In this document: positions 41,489 to 52,204 of the stretch, piece by piece
Layout: the number at the start of each line of letters is the position of its first letter
Numbering within the stretch: position 1 is the stretch's first letter
From: Mycobacterium sp.
GTDB lineage: Bacteria; Actinomycetota; Actinomycetes; Mycobacteriales; Mycobacteriaceae
Length of the DNA stretch: 64,000 nt
Assembly (NCBI RefSeq): GCF_035623875.1
Contig: NZ_DASPSP010000018.1
Location: forward strand, 8,244-72,243
Direction of reading: 5' to 3'
Notes under the pieces: generated by a model
What the model was told of the DNA's origin: nothing
The model's database searches: none
The model's input: only the letters and a program-made list of their open reading frames with translations
Position numbers and translations under genes: made by a program

Positions 41489-42316
41489 TCAGCCAACAAA
41501 TCTCAGGTCCGGAATGGCGCCGCCGGCCACCAGCGCGAGGTAGAAGTCGGTGAGCATCAGCGTGCCGAGTGTGATCCACGCGTACAACTTGTGCCGAGTG
41601 TTGAGTTTGCTGACCTGGGTCCAGATCCAGTACCGCACAGGGTGTTTGGAGAAGTGCTTGAGCCGTCCACCGGTGATGTGCCGGCATGAATGGCAGGACA
41701 GCGTGTACACCCACAGCATGATGACGTTGCCGACCATGATCACGTTGCCCAGGCCGAAGCCGAATCCACCCGGTCCGTCCTCGGAATGGAACGCGACGAT
41801 CGCGTCGTAGCTGTTGATCACCGAGATGATGCCGGCGACATAGAAGAAGTACCGGTGGGTGTTCTGGACGATCAACGGGAATTTGGTCTCGCCGGTGTAG
41901 TGCACGCGGGGCTCGGCCACCGCGCAGGCGGTGGGCGACTGCCACACCGTGCGGTAGTAGGCGCCGCGGTAGTAGTAGCAGGTCAGCCGGAACAGCAGCA
42001 GGAACGGCAGCGACAGCGCTGCAAACGGCAGCCACCACACGTTCGGCAGGATCTGCGGCCAGAAGTCGCCGGCCTCACCGCAAGCCTTGCTGAGGCACGG
42101 CGAATAGAACGGCGTCAGGTAGTGATACTTCGGGACGAAGAAGTAGTCCCGCTGGAACGCGCGCGCCGTCGCGTAGATGACAAATGCGGCGAAGCCCAGG
42201 TCGATCCACAGCGGCGATACCCACCACCGGTCGGTGCGTAGCGTCGGTTGCTGGATGTGGGCGCGGGTGGGTGAAAAGACACCGGACGCAGGACGGTCCG
42301 CTGTGGGTGCGCTCAT
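41489..42316 (-). CDS. Sdh1 membrane anchor (Rv0249c)
   Basis: TM helices with YSPC, TCYYYR and SCHSCRH motifs; synteny. Confidence 0.92.
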   Translation of the reverse strand: MSAPTADRPASGVFSPTRAHIQQPTLRTDRWWVSPLWIDLGFAAFVIYATARAFQRDYFFVPKYHYLTPFYSPCLSKACGEAGDFWPQILPNVWWLPFAALSLPFLLLFRLTCYYYRGAYYRTVWQSPTACAVAEPRVHYTGETKFPLIVQNTHRYFFYVAGIISVINSYDAIVAFHSEDGPGGFGFGLGNVIMVGNVIMLWVYTLSCHSCRHITGGRLKHFSKHPVRYWIWTQVSKLNTRHKLYAWITLGTLMLTDFYLALVAGGAIPDLRFVG

Positions 42317-42391
42317 CTATTGTGATCCTCTTCGCGTGGCCTCGTCGGAGAGTACCCACAGCGAAGAGCGCCCGGTCTGGCGGGGGGTGCA

Positions 42392-42688
42392 TCAATAACG
42401 ACTGTGGCCGCCGACACCTTCGTCGTCGACATCGCGCCAGAACTCGCTGTCATATTGAGTGTCGGGAATGGCGATTTTTTCAGCCGGCTGCTCCAGCGCA
42501 TGGCGGGCCAGATCCAGCTCGCCGGCGTCGATGTCGAGCAACTCGACGTCATTGAGGATCCGCTGGACGTCGTTGACCACCCGACGCATCGCCGGAGTGT
42601 CGCGGTATCGCGACCTCAACGACGTCACGCACCGCCGCAGGCCGCCGATGAGCTCGTGAAGTTCGGCGAGTTCAGTAGTGCTGGACAA
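42392..42688 (-). CDS. Conserved small protein (Rv0250c-like), first gene of the Sdh1 operon
   Basis: MSSTTELAELHELIGGLRRCV...FWRDVDDEGVGG; synteny. Confidence 0.88.
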   Translation of the reverse strand: MSSTTELAELHELIGGLRRCVTSLRSRYRDTPAMRRVVNDVQRILNDVELLDIDAGELDLARHALEQPAEKIAIPDTQYDSEFWRDVDDEGVGGHSRY

Positions 42689-42797
42689 CGGATCTCCCTA
42701 CCGATAATGGTGTCATGGATCACATTACGGCACCCGATACTATCCAGCACACAGCGATGGCGTGAGTCAGGTCACGCCCGCCAAGCGGGAGGCAGCC

Positions 42798-43559
42798 ATG
42801 CCGGCACCCAGCGGATTGCCCGACCGGGCAACGACACTGCTGACGCTGCATCAGCCGGGCAATCCGGTGATCCTGCCGACGGTGTGGGACGCCTGGTCGG
42901 CGCGGCTGGCCACTGACGCCGGTTTCGCCGCACTGACCGTCGGCAGTCATCCCGTCGCCGACTCGATCGGCAAACCCGACAACGAGGGCATGTCATTCGA
43001 CGACCTGCTGAACCGGGTCGCGCAGATCACCGCCGCGGTGGACGTCCCGGTCTCGGTCGACGTCGAATCCGGTTACGGACTGCCGGCATCGCGGCTGATC
43101 GACGGGCTGCTCGAGGCAGGCGCGGTGGGGCTGAATATCGAAGACACCGTGCACAGCGAGGGCAAGCGACTGCGTTCAGCCGATGAACATGCCGAACTGG
43201 TCGGTGCGTTGCGCGCCGCTGCCGACCAGGCGGGAGTCCATCTCGTGATCAACGCCCGCACCGACCTTTTCCTGCGCCAGGACGGTGACGATTCGGACCG
43301 CGTCGAGCGGGCGGTGGCTCGGTTGAAGAAGGCCGCGGCCGCGGGTGCCGACGTCCTCTATCCTGTCGGCCGCCATGATCCGGAGACGTTGCGGCGCTTG
43401 ACAACTGAGTTACCGCTGCCGGTCAACGCGATCGCCTTACCCGATCAGGACGATCCCGCTTCATTCGGTCTACTGGGTGTCGGGCGGATCAGCTTCGGGC
43501 CGTTCCTGCAGGCGGCCTTGGGGATCCGGGCCAAAGAGATCCTGGCCCGCTGGGGCTAG
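42798..43559 (+). CDS. Isocitrate lyase / PEP mutase superfamily protein
   Basis: PTVWDAWSA, PVSVDVESGYG, GLNIED, INARTD, AGAD; GGGAGG RBS before ATG 42798. Confidence 0.88.
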   Translation: MPAPSGLPDRATTLLTLHQPGNPVILPTVWDAWSARLATDAGFAALTVGSHPVADSIGKPDNEGMSFDDLLNRVAQITAAVDVPVSVDVESGYGLPASRLIDGLLEAGAVGLNIEDTVHSEGKRLRSADEHAELVGALRAAADQAGVHLVINARTDLFLRQDGDDSDRVERAVARLKKAAAAGADVLYPVGRHDPETLRRLTTELPLPVNAIALPDQDDPASFGLLGVGRISFGPFLQAALGIRAKEILARWG

Positions 43560-43601
43560 CCGGCCGGAATGAATTGGCTTCCGCAGCCGTTGCGTTGAGC
43601 C

Positions 43602-44120
43602 ATGACCGGCTTTCACCATGAGCAGCACGCCATGACCCGCGTCGACATCGTCACCGGCGTCGCGTATGACGAGTTCACTGCCGCGTTCGAAAAGGCCGCA
43701 CCGCCGTTTGACCGGGCGACGGCGCAGCGGATCGTCGCTGCCGGCGGCACCTGGGATGACGTTCGCGCCGCGGTGGCGAAAAACGCGCCTAACGAGTTGA
43801 TGATGTACAGCAAGATCGACGCGAGCGAGCTGCTGGGTGTGGCCGGACATCGCACTCAGGCGATCGAGTACCTGGTCGGCAACCATGTCATTGCCGAGAC
43901 CATGTTTCGCCATGACCCGAAGGCGCTGTTGTATGCGCCGCTCCGGATGTTGGTCTACAGCGATTCCGACGGCAACGCGATCTTCACGATGGACCGTCCC
44001 AGCGCCGCCTTCGGCAGTTTCGGCATCGCCGAAGTGACCGAAGTCGGTGAGGGCCTTGACCGCAAGGTGGCGAACCTGCTCCGAGTCATCGGGGTAGACG
44101 CCGAGCAGGCGTTCGCTTGA
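43602..44120 (+). CDS. DUF302 domain protein
   Basis: YLVGNHVIA, ALLYAPLRMLVY, DRPSAAF pattern typical of DUF302. Confidence 0.75.
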   Translation: MTGFHHEQHAMTRVDIVTGVAYDEFTAAFEKAAPPFDRATAQRIVAAGGTWDDVRAAVAKNAPNELMMYSKIDASELLGVAGHRTQAIEYLVGNHVIAETMFRHDPKALLYAPLRMLVYSDSDGNAIFTMDRPSAAFGSFGIAEVTEVGEGLDRKVANLLRVIGVDAEQAFA

Positions 44121-44187
44121 TACGCCGCGAATCCGGTGGAGCCGTTGGGCCCCACCGGATTCGAGCTGGTTGCGGAAGCTCCGCGGG

Positions 44188-44628
44188 TTACTTGGTGATC
44201 TCGATGCGCTGGGCCTGAGTCCCGGCGTAGGCACCGGTGACCCGCACGGTCAGCACACCGGCGTCGTAGGACGCCGAGATGGCGTCGCCGGTGATGTGCG
44301 CCGGCAGCCGGAACGACCGACGGAACGAGCCGTACCGGACCTCGCGGAGCGTGCGCCCGTCCTTTTCCTCAGCGTGCTGGTCGCGGCGCTCACCGTGGAT
44401 GACCAGGCGGCCATGCTCAACCTCGACGTTGACGTCCTTCTCGACGTCCACGCCCGGCAGTTCCAGGCGGACGACCGCGTCCTCGCCGTCCTTGACGATC
44501 TCGGCGGCGGGGCTGAACCCGTCGGCTACTGGCTTCAACCAGTCGGTCGCGGGGGCCGGTCCAAAGAAATCGCGCATCCAGCGGTCGACATCCCACGTGG
44601 GTCGTGACCACAAGGTCAGGTTGCTCAT
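44188..44628 (-). CDS. hsp: Hsp20 small heat-shock protein (Rv0251c / Acr2)
   Basis: ELPGVD, EVRYGSFRRSF, ASYDAGVL alpha-crystallin motifs; GAGGAG RBS. Confidence 0.93.
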   Translation of the reverse strand: MSNLTLWSRPTWDVDRWMRDFFGPAPATDWLKPVADGFSPAAEIVKDGEDAVVRLELPGVDVEKDVNVEVEHGRLVIHGERRDQHAEEKDGRTLREVRYGSFRRSFRLPAHITGDAISASYDAGVLTVRVTGAYAGTQAQRIEITK

Positions 44629-44680
44629 TCGTATCTCCTCGTGCTTGGTGGTTGCCGACGCTTGCCGGCCTACAGGTACA

Positions 44681-44707
44681 AACATGAGTCGACCACGCTT
44701 AAGTTCC
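44681..44707 (-). promoter_or_regulatory. SigE/SigH-type promoter with overlapping HspR operator (HAIR)
   Basis: Minus strand GGAAC-N19-GTT (44707 to 44681); CATGAGT-N7-GCTTAAG at 44683-44703 matches CTTGAGT-N7-ACTCAAG at 11/14. Confidence 0.75.
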
Positions 44708-44755
44708 ACCTGGGCGTTCGCCCTGAGCGAACGCTTGTCGCGTCCGCTACCAGGA

Positions 44756-45907
44756 TCAGATCAGTGCCGCGTCGAGGGTTTCATCGATCGCCAACCGATA
44801 ACCGCGTTTGACGACAGTCGCAACAATCTTCCTGTCGCCCAGTGCTCTTCGCAGCCGCAGCACGGCGGTGTCCACGGCGTGCGGATCGTTGGCGCTGCCC
44901 GGCAAAGTCCGCAGCAGTTCCCTGCGGGCGACCACGACGCCCGGACGATGCGCCAATGCACGCAGGATCGCCATCGCCGCCGGTGACACCGACTGGACGG
45001 TGCCGTCAACCAGCACTGCGGAACCGCGGATATCGATTCGATGGCCGGCCGCCTGCACCGTACGCGAGCGGAGCGTGGGCAGCTCCTTGGCGATATGTCT
45101 GGCCAGCTCGGCCAAGCGCATGCGATGTGGTAACGACGTCGGAACGCCCAAGCGTGCCAGCGGGTGTGCGGTCACCGGGCCCACACACATTGCTCGCACA
45201 TCGGCGCGCAGCGCGTCGAGCAGCTGGTCGTGGATGCCGAGATCGCCGGCCCGCATCAGCGTCGCTGCCACCGCCGGTGCCGAGGTGAAGCTCACCGCGT
45301 CGAATTGTCGGTGGGCGACCTGTGTGATCAGCTGGTCGAACTCGCCGCCCGCCGGTACCGGTTTCCACCGGTATACCCGGATCGGGACCACCTCGGCGCC
45401 CGCGCTGCGCAGCTCGTCGAGAAACTCCGGAAACGGATCCCACTGCTCGGTAGCACCGTGCAGCTGCACTGCGATGCGACAGCCGGTGATGCCGGATTGC
45501 CGCAGATATTGCACGAGCTCGCGCGACGATTCGGTTTTCGGGGACCACTCCTCCGACAGGCCCGCAGCGCGTAATGCGCCGGTGGCCTTCGCCCCACGCG
45601 CCACTATCCGGGCGCAGGACAACGCCGCGGTGAGCTGACTGCGCAGCCGCCATCCCTGGGCGGCGGCGATCCAGCCGCGAAATCCGATGCCGGTCGTCGC
45701 GATCAGAATATCCGGCGGCCTGGTTATCAAAGCTTCTGTGTTGCAGCGCAATTTGTCGTCATCAGGCAATGCGACCATGGTGATCGCCGCCGCACTGCCA
45801 ACGGTGGCGCCGTGGCGGCGCAGCAGCGCGCAGAGCTCGTCGGAGCGCCGTGCAGAGGTGACCGCCACCCGGTAGCCGGCGAGCGACGGCGCGGCTGGGT
45901 GACCCAT
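44756..45907 (-). CDS. nnaR: Uroporphyrinogen-III synthase-like domain fused to winged-helix; nitrate/nitrite assimilation regulator (Rv0260c / NnaR)
   Basis: LAGYRVAVTSARR, ARGAKATGA, FTSAPA plus C-terminal HAVDTAVLRLRRAL...TVVKRGYRL. Confidence 0.88.
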   Translation of the reverse strand: MGHPAAPSLAGYRVAVTSARRSDELCALLRRHGATVGSAAAITMVALPDDDKLRCNTEALITRPPDILIATTGIGFRGWIAAAQGWRLRSQLTAALSCARIVARGAKATGALRAAGLSEEWSPKTESSRELVQYLRQSGITGCRIAVQLHGATEQWDPFPEFLDELRSAGAEVVPIRVYRWKPVPAGGEFDQLITQVAHRQFDAVSFTSAPAVAATLMRAGDLGIHDQLLDALRADVRAMCVGPVTAHPLARLGVPTSLPHRMRLAELARHIAKELPTLRSRTVQAAGHRIDIRGSAVLVDGTVQSVSPAAMAILRALAHRPGVVVARRELLRTLPGSANDPHAVDTAVLRLRRALGDRKIVATVVKRGYRLAIDETLDAALI

Positions 45908-45929
45908 ATGAATTATGTATGCCCGACAG

Positions 45930-45967
45930 ATTTCGGCTGCATTACCGAGCAATTGCTGACGCGTTGC
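45930..45967 (-). promoter_or_regulatory. Array of four GlnR-box-like half sites upstream of nnaR
   Basis: Minus strand GCAAC-n6-GCAAT-n6-GTAAT-n6-GAAAT, exact 11-bp period, resembling gTnAc-n6-GaAAc. Confidence 0.7.
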
Positions 45968-46002
45968 CCCTGTACCGCCCGCGCGGATGCTAGCCGGAAC
46001 TG

Positions 46003-46557
<555 letters not shown>

Positions 46558-46569
46558 TTACCAGGTGGA

Positions 46570-47475
46570 TTAACTCGCCGCCATCGAACTTGAAGCAGAA
46601 GCCGGCGCAGCCCTGGATCGCGACCAGTGCAGCCGCACATACTGCCCGGGCCGCACCTGGGCGACCTTGTCGATGTCTTGGTCGGCGATCACGCCGACCA
46701 CCGGGTAGCCGCCGGTGACGGGGTGATCCGGACCAAGGATCACCGGTAAGCCGTTGGGCGGCACCTGGATCGCACCGCGGGTGGCTCCCTCACTGGGCAA
46801 GACCCGATCGGGCGAGCGGTACTGCAGTGGGCGTCCCTCCAGCCGCATACCCACCCGGTCGCTGCGGTCGGAGGCCATCCAGATGGTGTGCACGAGAGCG
46901 TCCGGATCGACGAGCCAATCGTCGCGCGGGCCGGGCACCACCAGTAACTCCACCAGATGCTCGGAGATCGGCGCTACCGGAGCCTGGTCGAGTTCGGGAT
47001 ACTCGTCGGTGTGTTCGCCGACCGGCAGCACATCACCGGGCTGTAGCGGCAACGGCCCGATCGCCGACATGACGTCGTAGCTGCGGGAACCCAGCACCGG
47101 TGTCACGTCGATACCGCCACGCACCGCTAGATAGCTTCGCAACCCGAAGTATGGGACGCCCAACGAGATCACCTCGCCGTCGCGGACGTGCTGAATGCTG
47201 TTGGTGCCGAACATGATCCCGTCGACGCGCGGGTCCGTGTCAGCGCCGGTCACTGCGATGTCTACCTCGCCGCCGCGGACTCGTGCCCAGAACCCGCCGA
47301 AAGTCACCTCGATCGTCGCGCGGTCGTCGGGGTTGGCCACCAGCCGGTTGGCCAGCCTGTGCGATCGCCGGTCGGCTGCTCCTGATCGGGTGACGCCGAG
47401 ATGGGCCAGCCCCACCCGGCCCAAGTCCTGGACGAGGGCCAGCGGTCCGGTGCGCAAGATCTCCAGGGTTGTCAT
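46570..47475 (-). CDS. pxpC: 5-oxoprolinase subunit C / allophanate hydrolase subunit 2-like (Rv0263c)
   Basis: [39 protein letters not shown]; start MTTLEIL at 47475. Confidence 0.85.
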   Translation of the reverse strand: MTTLEILRTGPLALVQDLGRVGLAHLGVTRSGAADRRSHRLANRLVANPDDRATIEVTFGGFWARVRGGEVDIAVTGADTDPRVDGIMFGTNSIQHVRDGEVISLGVPYFGLRSYLAVRGGIDVTPVLGSRSYDVMSAIGPLPLQPGDVLPVGEHTDEYPELDQAPVAPISEHLVELLVVPGPRDDWLVDPDALVHTIWMASDRSDRVGMRLEGRPLQYRSPDRVLPSEGATRGAIQVPPNGLPVILGPDHPVTGGYPVVGVIADQDIDKVAQVRPGQYVRLHWSRSRAAPASASSSMAAS

Positions 47476-47510
47476 GGACCTCTCCTTTCGGGCTCCTCGC
47501 GCGCCTCCCG

Positions 47511-48158
47511 CTATGCGGCTCGGAACTGGACCCACATGCCCGGCATCAGCAGCGCCGGATTCGGCCGGTCGATATCCCACAAGACCGCGTCGGTGTGGCC
47601 GATCAGCTGCCACCCACCCGGAAATCGACGCGGGTTGATCACGCTGAATTCGCCGGCCAACCCTACGGCACCGGCCGGCACGGACGGCCGCGACTCCGGT
47701 CGCCGTGGTACGGCCAGCCGCGGATCGCCGACCAGATACGCGAAACCGGGTGTGAAGCCGCTGAATCCGACTCGCCAGGGGGCAGCGGTGTGGGCGTTGA
47801 TGACCTGCGCGGTGGTCAGCCCGGTTCGGTCGGCGACCTCGGCGAGGTCGGCGCCGTCGTAGACGACGTCGATCACCACATCGACGCGACCGTCTGGCGA
47901 AGTGGCCTGCACTGCGTCGGGGGCAACCTGCAACGTGCGCAGTCGATGGCGGATGACGCTCTGGTAGCGGGGGCCGTCGAGTTTCACCAGCACGGTGCGG
48001 GAGGCCGGGACGATGTCGAGCACACCGGGCAGCGCGGCCTCGCGCAGCGCGGCCGTCCACGCCAATACCTCAGCGGTGCTGTCGAACTGCAGTAGCAGCG
48101 CCTGATCGCCGTAGTCGAGAACGGTGTAGGCCACACCGAGATCCATTGCCACGCTCAT
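47511..48158 (-). CDS. pxpB: 5-oxoprolinase subunit B / allophanate hydrolase subunit 1-like (Rv0264c)
   Basis: [41 protein letters not shown]. Confidence 0.85.
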   Translation of the reverse strand: MSVAMDLGVAYTVLDYGDQALLLQFDSTAEVLAWTAALREAALPGVLDIVPASRTVLVKLDGPRYQSVIRHRLRTLQVAPDAVQATSPDGRVDVVIDVVYDGADLAEVADRTGLTTAQVINAHTAAPWRVGFSGFTPGFAYLVGDPRLAVPRRPESRPSVPAGAVGLAGEFSVINPRRFPGGWQLIGHTDAVLWDIDRPNPALLMPGMWVQFRAA

Positions 48159-48198
48159 TACTCGACAGTAACCCCGCAGCGGGGCCGGCGGCGAGGAA

Positions 48199-48362
48199 TT
48201 TTCGAGCACTGCCAGAGGTGCCTTAGCAAATGTTCAAACGATCACCACGACTGCGGTGACCGGTGGGTTCTAGCGCAGGATATCGGCGATCAGCGGGGGC
48301 AACTGATCGGCCACCATCGGGTAGCTGAGCGGCGAGGCGGACGCGATCGCCTCGGCCTGGTC
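48199..48362. repeat. Direct repeat copy A (3' end of Rv0265c-like gene plus downstream flank)
   Basis: Aligns with 52825-52999, e.g. TTTTCGAGCACTGCCAGAGG and GGCAACTGATCGGCCAC are identical in both copies. Confidence 0.85.
48270..48362 (-). pseudogene. 3'-terminal remnant of an Rv0265c-like substrate-binding protein gene
   Basis: Encodes DQAEAIASASPLSYPMVADQLPPLIADILR*, versus DQAGAIAFASPLSYPLVADQLPALIANILH* in the intact gene at 52907-53887. Confidence 0.85.
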
Positions 48363-48402
48363 AGCCGCCTGCATGAAGCGATTCTGTTCTGTCGCATGCG
48401 CT

Positions 48403-48420
48403 GTCGGGCGTAAGCCCGAC
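48403..48420 (-). terminator. Hairpin just downstream of oplA
   Basis: GTCGGGC-GTAA-GCCCGAC, perfect 7-bp stem. Confidence 0.5.
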
Positions 48421-48445
48421 GGACCTGAAGGAATTCGCGGTGAGT

Positions 48446-51400
48446 TCAGGGGCGCCCGTATCCGCCGCCGCCGGGAGTGTGGATCTCCAGGATGTCGCCG
48501 GCGTTCAGCTCGACCGAGTCGCAGCCAGCGAGTTCGACGACGCTGCCGTCCACGCGGCGGACCAGGTTGCGACCGAGCGCACCTGGCGCTCCCCCGGCCA
48601 TCCCGTACGGGGGGACGCGTCGGTGCTGCGACAGCATGCTGACCGTCATGAGTTCCCGAAATCGGAGCCGCCGCACCGCGCCGTCCCCGCCGCGCCACCG
48701 CCCGTCCCCGCCGCTGCCGCGGCGGATCGCGAAGCTGTCGACCAACACCGGGAACCGCCACTCCAACACCTCGGGGTCGGTCAACCGGGAGTTGGTCATG
48801 TGGGTCTGGACCACCGAAGCCCCGTTATAACCCGGCCCCGCACCGGATCCGGAGGCGACGGTCTCGTAGTACTGGTGCCTGGCATTGCCGAACGTCACGT
48901 TGTTCATCGTCCCCGAGCCCTCGGCCTGTACCCCGAGCGCCGCGTAGAGGGCACCGGTGATGGACTGCGAGGTCTCCACGTTGCCGGCGACGACTGCGGC
49001 CGGATAAACCGGTGCGAGCATGCAGCCCGGCGGGATAACCACCTGCAGCGGCTTGAGGCAACCGTCGTTGAGCGGGATGTCGTCGTCGACCAGGGTCCGG
49101 AACGCGTACAGCACCGCGGCCATCACCACCGAAGTCGGTGCGTTGAAGTTGGTGTTCAGCTGTGGGGAGGTCCCGGTGAAATCGATTGTGGCCGTCCGAT
49201 TTTCCGCGTCGACTGAGACTCGGACCTTGATGACCGCCCCGCCGTCCATCTCATAGGTGTACTCGCCGTCGCCCAAAGCGGCGATCACGCGCCGCACCGC
49301 CTCCTCGGCGTTGTCCTGGACGTGACGCATGTAGGCCTGCACCACCTCCAGGCCGAAGTCGTCGATCATTTTGCGGACTTCCTCCACGCCTTTTTCGGTA
49401 GCGGCGATCTGGGCGCGTAGGTCCGCCAGGTTGGTCTCCGGGTTGCGTGAGGGGTACGACGCCCTGGTGAGCAGGTCGCGTGTCTCGGTCTCCCGGAGGG
49501 CGCCATGCTCCACCAGCAGCCAATTGTCGAACAGCACACCCTCCTCGTGCACGTCGCGGCTGCCCGCCGGCATCGAGCCGGGACTCACTCCGCCGATCTC
49601 AGCATGGTGGCCCCGGGCGGCGACGAAGAACAACAGCCGCTCGCCGTCTCCGAAAACCGGTGTGACGACGGTGACATCGGGCAGGTGGGTGCCGCCGTGG
49701 TAAGGGTCGTTGATCGCATACGCATCACCGATTTTCATCGCCCCGGCGTTACGGGCGATGATCTCCTTGACGGCCGCTCCCATCGAACCCAGGTGGACCG
49801 GGATATGCGGTGCGTTGGCGACGAGGTTGCCCTCGGGGTCGAACAACGCGCAGGAGAAGTCGAGCCGCTCTTTGATGTTCACCGACTGGGCCGTGGACTC
49901 CAGCCGCACCCCCATCTGCTCGGCGATCGACATGAACAGGTTGTTGAAGATCTCAAGCAGTACCGGGTCGGCGTCGGTGCTCACCTCGCCGGCGCCGGTG
50001 TGGGCGCGCACCCGCGTCAGCACAAGATGCCCGAGCTCTACTAACTCGGCGCGCCAGCCATCCTCGACCACCGTGGTCGCGTTGGTCTCGGCAATGATGG
50101 CCGGGCCGGTGACCGTCTCGCCGAGGACGAGCCGGTCCCGCCGGAACAGCGACACCTCGCGCCAGCCCCCCTGGTTGTACATGGGAACGGTGTCCACGGG
50201 CCCCGCAGGCGGGCCGTCCGGATGGGACGCCTCCGCCAAGGCGCGCAGGTCAGGCTGCTCGGTGAGTCCAACGGCCTCCACGGAGACGGCTTCGACTACC
50301 AGGGGACGGTCCATTAGGAACGAGTAGTTGCGTTTGTAGCTTGCCTCGAACTCGGCGGCCATCGTCTCCGGGTCGGCCAGGCCCACCTGGACCGCGATGT
50401 CGGTGCCGTCGTAGCGGAGGTGTGCCCGGCGGGTCACGCGGAGCCGCTCGTCGGGCACGTCCTCGTCTTGCAGGCGCGCGCGCGTGGCTGATTCCAGTGC
50501 ATCGGCGACCTCGCCCACCCGCTCCATCGCTTCCGGCTCAAGCTGGCACTCCACCGACTGTTCGCGCATGGCGGTCGCGTCCGCGAGCCCGATGCCCAAC
50601 GCGGACAGCACACCCGCCATGGGCGGAATCAAGACGGTGCCGATGCCCAAAGAATCGGCCACCGCGCAGGCGTGCTGGCCGCCGGCGCCCCCGAACGTGG
50701 TCAGCACGTACTCGGTGACGTCGCGCCCTTTTTGCACCGTGATTCGCTTGACCGCGTTGGCCATGTTGGCCACCGCGATCCGCAGGTAGCCCTCGGCGAC
50801 CTGCTCGGGGGTGCGGTCGTCGCCGGTCTGTGCGGCGATCTCGCGTGCCAGCTCACCGAACCGCCGCCCGACGATCTCGGCGTCCAGCGGCTGGTCGCCG
50901 TCGGGGCCGAAGACGGCGGGGAAATGGTTCGGCTGGACGCGGCCGAGCATAACGTTGGCGTCGGTGACAGTCAGCGGGCCGCCGCCTCGGTAGCAGGCCG
51001 GACCGGGATCGGCGCCCGCCGAGTCCGGGCCCACTCGGTACCGGGTGCCGTCGAAGTGCAGGACCGACCCGCCGCCGGCGGCAATGGTCTGGATGTCCAG
51101 CATCGGCGCGCGCAGCCGGACTCCCGCGACCAGGGTGTTGAAGACGCGCTCGTATTCCCCGGCGTAGTGCGACACATCCGTGGACGTGCCGCCCATATCA
51201 AAACCAATGACCTTGTCGAATCCAGCCAGCTCCGACATGCGAACCATCCCGACGATGCCGCCGGCCGGGCCGGACAGGATCGCGTCTTTGCCGCGGAAGT
51301 GTCCGGCCTCGGCCAGGCCCCCGTTGGACTGCATGAACATCAGTCGCACGCCCGGCAGCTCGGCGGCCACCTGCTGGATGTAGCGATGCAAGATCGGTGA

Positions 51401-52045
51401 CAGATATGCGTCGACGACGGTGGTGTCACCGCGCGAGACGAGCTTCATCAGCGGACTGACTTCCGCCGACAGCGAGATCTGCGGGAAGCCGATTTGTTTG
51501 GCGGCCTCGCCGATCGCCTGCTCATGGGCCGGGTACAGGTGGCTGTGCAGAGACGCAATGGCCACTGCGTGGATTCCGTCGCCGTAGGCCGCCCGCAGGT
51601 CGGTCGCCAGCCGGTCTAGATCCGGAGCCCGCAGCACCGTGCCGTCGGCCGTGACCCGTTCGTCGACCTCGATGACCCGTTCGTGGAGCAGTTCCGGCAG
51701 GACAATGTTGCGGGTGAAGATGCGCGGCCGGTTCTGGTAGCCGATCCGCAGCGCGTCCCCGAAACCCCGGGTGATGACGAGCGCCGTGCGCGCGCCCTTG
51801 CGCTCCAGCAGCGCATTGGTCGCTACCGTGGTGCCCATCCGCACCGCCTCGATCCGCTCGGCCGGAATCGGATCATCCGCCGCGAGTCCAAGCAGTGCGC
51901 GGATCCCCGCCACCGCGGCGTCGGCGTAGCGCGAGGGGTTGTCCGAAAGCAGCTTGTGCGTCACCAGACGCCCGTTCGGCTGACGGGCGACGATATCGGT
52001 GAACGTTCCACCGCGGTCGATCCAAAACTGCCACTTCCCGGCCAC
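48446..52045 (-). CDS. oplA: Single-chain 5-oxoprolinase / hydantoinase A+B fusion (Rv0266c)
   Basis: [63 protein letters not shown]; GAGGAG RBS before GTG 52045. Confidence 0.93.
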   Translation of the reverse strand: MAGKWQFWIDRGGTFTDIVARQPNGRLVTHKLLSDNPSRYADAAVAGIRALLGLAADDPIPAERIEAVRMGTTVATNALLERKGARTALVITRGFGDALRIGYQNRPRIFTRNIVLPELLHERVIEVDERVTADGTVLRAPDLDRLATDLRAAYGDGIHAVAIASLHSHLYPAHEQAIGEAAKQIGFPQISLSAEVSPLMKLVSRGDTTVVDAYLSPILHRYIQQVAAELPGVRLMFMQSNGGLAEAGHFRGKDAILSGPAGGIVGMVRMSELAGFDKVIGFDMGGTSTDVSHYAGEYERVFNTLVAGVRLRAPMLDIQTIAAGGGSVLHFDGTRYRVGPDSAGADPGPACYRGGGPLTVTDANVMLGRVQPNHFPAVFGPDGDQPLDAEIVGRRFGELAREIAAQTGDDRTPEQVAEGYLRIAVANMANAVKRITVQKGRDVTEYVLTTFGGAGGQHACAVADSLGIGTVLIPPMAGVLSALGIGLADATAMREQSVECQLEPEAMERVGEVADALESATRARLQDEDVPDERLRVTRRAHLRYDGTDIAVQVGLADPETMAAEFEASYKRNYSFLMDRPLVVEAVSVEAVGLTEQPDLRALAEASHPDGPPAGPVDTVPMYNQGGWREVSLFRRDRLVLGETVTGPAIIAETNATTVVEDGWRAELVELGHLVLTRVRAHTGAGEVSTDADPVLLEIFNNLFMSIAEQMGVRLESTAQSVNIKERLDFSCALFDPEGNLVANAPHIPVHLGSMGAAVKEIIARNAGAMKIGDAYAINDPYHGGTHLPDVTVVTPVFGDGERLLFFVAARGHHAEIGGVSPGSMPAGSRDVHEEGVLFDNWLLVEHGALRETETRDLLTRASYPSRNPETNLADLRAQIAATEKGVEEVRKMIDDFGLEVVQAYMRHVQDNAEEAVRRVIAALGDGEYTYEMDGGAVIKVRVSVDAENRTATIDFTGTSPQLNTNFNAPTSVVMAAVLYAFRTLVDDDIPLNDGCLKPLQVVIPPGCMLAPVYPAAVVAGNVETSQSITGALYAALGVQAEGSGTMNNVTFGNARHQYYETVASGSGAGPGYNGASVVQTHMTNSRLTDPEVLEWRFPVLVDSFAIRRGSGGDGRWRGGDGAVRRLRFRELMTVSMLSQHRRVPPYGMAGGAPGALGRNLVRRVDGSVVELAGCDSVELNAGDILEIHTPGGGGYGRP

Positions 52046-52204
52046 CCGATGCTCCTCATCGTTTAGTAGGGACGAGTTGCCGGTCACGGTGACTGCTGTT
52101 ACTGCCGGGGTGTACCAGCATGGGACGCGTGGCCTGTCGGTTGTCCCGATGCTCGGTGTCTTAGGAGACCACGGGCGCCTGGCGGCAGATCGCGTGAGCC
52201 GGAC

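Noticed and set aside
46570-48060. 496-aa ORF suggesting a PxpB-PxpC fusion
   Set aside because: The first ~195 codons are an off-frame reading of the separate pxpB gene; pxpC has its own GGAG RBS and ATG at 47475.
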